From: an uncultured delta proteobacterium
Lineage (GTDB): Bacteria; Desulfobacterota; Syntrophia; Syntrophales; UBA2185
Direction: 5' to 3'
Assembly (NCBI GenBank): GCA_963729715.1
Contig: CAVSPA010000018.1
Coordinates: forward strand, 16,191 to 80,190
Length of the DNA: 64,000 nucleotides
This document shows, piece after piece, positions 62,828 through 64,000 of the stretch. The translations under genes were made by a program, and so were the position numbers. Within the stretch, counting starts at the first letter, position 1; each line of letters begins with the position of its first letter. Under the pieces are notes generated by a model. It was not told the origin of the DNA, made no database searches, and saw only the letters and a program-made list of their open reading frames with translations.

Positions 62828-63913
62828 TCAACGTTTAACTCCGGCGCCTTTGGTGTAGGCTTGCCGCTCCGTGAGGAAGCGGTTCACATAGTCCCTCGGG
62901 TCTTGCGGAGGGGCCGTCTCCGTGTCCCTGCTGACCAAGGCGAGTGAGCGGGTCGGGCACTCGTAGGCGCACACGCCGCAGCCGAGGCAGCGATCCGCAT
63001 CGCGGCCACTCGCCTTTCCTTTCTTGTTTTTCGCCTCTGGAGATTCCTGCAGCGACAAGGCATCCATCGGACATCGTTTCACGCAGAGACCGCAGGCCTT
63101 GCATGTTTCCGCCTTTACCGACATGATGAAATTGGACGCGTCCATGCTCTTGCCGTGTTTCAGGACATGGAAGGATTCGAACCACATACAGCAGCAATTG
63201 CAGCAGTTGCAGCAGTTGCAGATTGTATCAACACCCGTGCGCCAGTTGGAGATGCCATGAACAAGACCTTCCTCGGCGGCCTGTTTGAGAATATTCCTGG
63301 CTTCCTGTATGGTAATTGATTGTCCCAGGCCATTCTCCACCATGTAGCGAGTAAGGGTGCCGAAGTGCAGACAGTTTTCCGTTGAGTATTTGCAGTCCGG
63401 CGCTGCCGGGTCGAGGTTCTTTCGGTGCCTGCAGGGGCAGACCGCCACGCAGAATTCGCTTTGCTCCTCCAGAACCTTTGCGACATCTTCATAGGGAAGA
63501 ATCTTCTTACCCGCCTCGACGTCAAGGGCTGTCTCCACAGGAATGGCGCGGAGTCCTCTCGTCCGGACGCCCTCGTAAGGGTCAAGCAAACCGGCGTGGA
63601 AATAGGCGTTCACTCTCGGAGCCACGCGCCAGCTGTGTTCATCCATCCTGCCAGGCCAGAAGGAGCTGCGAAGGAAGACTAAAAATGCATCATTCAAGCC
63701 GTAGAATAACTCTTCCCCCTTCTTCATCCGGAAGACGAGGCCTTTCTGCTCCATGGCGTCGAGTGCGCGCGCAAGTCCGGCCGCGGCCATCCCCTTCTGG
63801 GCCGCAAGTTCCCCTACATTCTTCGGCGAAAAGGGCATACCGGTCAGCAGGGTCGCCTCCTCTTCGGAATAACGGGACTTGACGGCAGTCAGAAGTTCTT
63901 CGGAGTCCGGCAA
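62828..63913 (-). CDS. 4Fe-4S dicluster-domain protein with CPCRH and poly-Cys (CNCCNCCNCCC) motifs; true N-terminus may lie upstream (see findings)
   Basis: ..CKACGLCVKRCP.. and ..CLGCGVCAYECP.., plus ..VAVCPCRHR.. The ORF-track start is a TTG, and the frame continues upstream through TGA 63935-63937 to the ATG at 63988. Confidence 0.75.
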   Translation of the reverse strand: MPDSEELLTAVKSRYSEEEATLLTGMPFSPKNVGELAAQKGMAAAGLARALDAMEQKGLVFRMKKGEELFYGLNDAFLVFLRSSFWPGRMDEHSWRVAPRVNAYFHAGLLDPYEGVRTRGLRAIPVETALDVEAGKKILPYEDVAKVLEEQSEFCVAVCPCRHRKNLDPAAPDCKYSTENCLHFGTLTRYMVENGLGQSITIQEARNILKQAAEEGLVHGISNWRTGVDTICNCCNCCNCCCMWFESFHVLKHGKSMDASNFIMSVKAETCKACGLCVKRCPMDALSLQESPEAKNKKGKASGRDADRCLGCGVCAYECPTRSLALVSRDTETAPPQDPRDYVNRFLTERQAYTKGAGVKR

Positions 63914-64000
63914 GCCGTACCAGGACCTTTTTAGTCAGGCGATGAATTCATTGTAAACGGACTTATTCTCCAGACCATCCTCTTTCATACGAGACTAAAT

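Overview
The window is a mosaic chromosomal segment from an anaerobic bacterium. Gene content (a sigma-54 regulator, Wood-Ljungdahl genes, UGA-containing redox genes, a PEP-CTERM tail) suggests a Desulfobacterota/Syntrophia-like organism, but that is inference only. I found no rRNA, tRNA or CRISPR array.

Layout:
- 1.3-8.7 kb, minus strand: an envelope gene string lying downstream of a PAS/AAA+ sigma-54 activator gene. It includes two adjacent exported proteins whose redox-motif Cys codon is an in-frame UGA followed by a SECIS-like hairpin.
- 8.8-10.7 kb: a COG0523 GTPase with a long N-terminal domain I do not recognise.
- 11.3-17.5 kb: an A+T-richer island (PAS-LuxR regulator, crotonase, lactonase-like MBL, CoA-transferase A/B, SSS permease). 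It is fused to G+C-richer hbd and thiolase genes and an acyl-CoA dehydrogenase stub.
- 20-27.8 kb, minus strand: a Fe-S-rich block (COG1237 MBL, HdrD-like, DUF1847, IscU-like, FmdB, Mrp/ApbC, AbfD-like, NifX-like, DUF134).
- 27.8-29.2 kb: about 1.4 kb with no credible ORF. It contains a textbook group II intron domain V but no reverse transcriptase. Its 5' ~115 nt recur at 0.7 kb and 11.1 kb.
- 29.2-41.8 kb: assorted small exported or unknown proteins, a DUF2950/DUF3300 pair, an outer-membrane barrel, an IS200-type element and two paralogous lipoproteins.
- 42.0-44.0 kb: an ISL3 element with an intact 8-bp target duplication that splits a small membrane zinc-ribbon gene.
- 44.5-48.2 kb: an ABC-2 exporter and an LplT-acyltransferase fusion.
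- 48.6-62.6 kb: a carbonyl-branch Wood-Ljungdahl operon (ACT protein, fhs, MetE-like protein, two CooC-type ATPases, acsA, a fused acsB-acsD, acsC, acsV). Its spacers carry a recurring A+T-rich ~27-nt unit.

The best candidates for something new are the repeated structured RNA with the ORF-less group II intron-like element, and the sigma-54-linked envelope string with two exported selenoprotein candidates.
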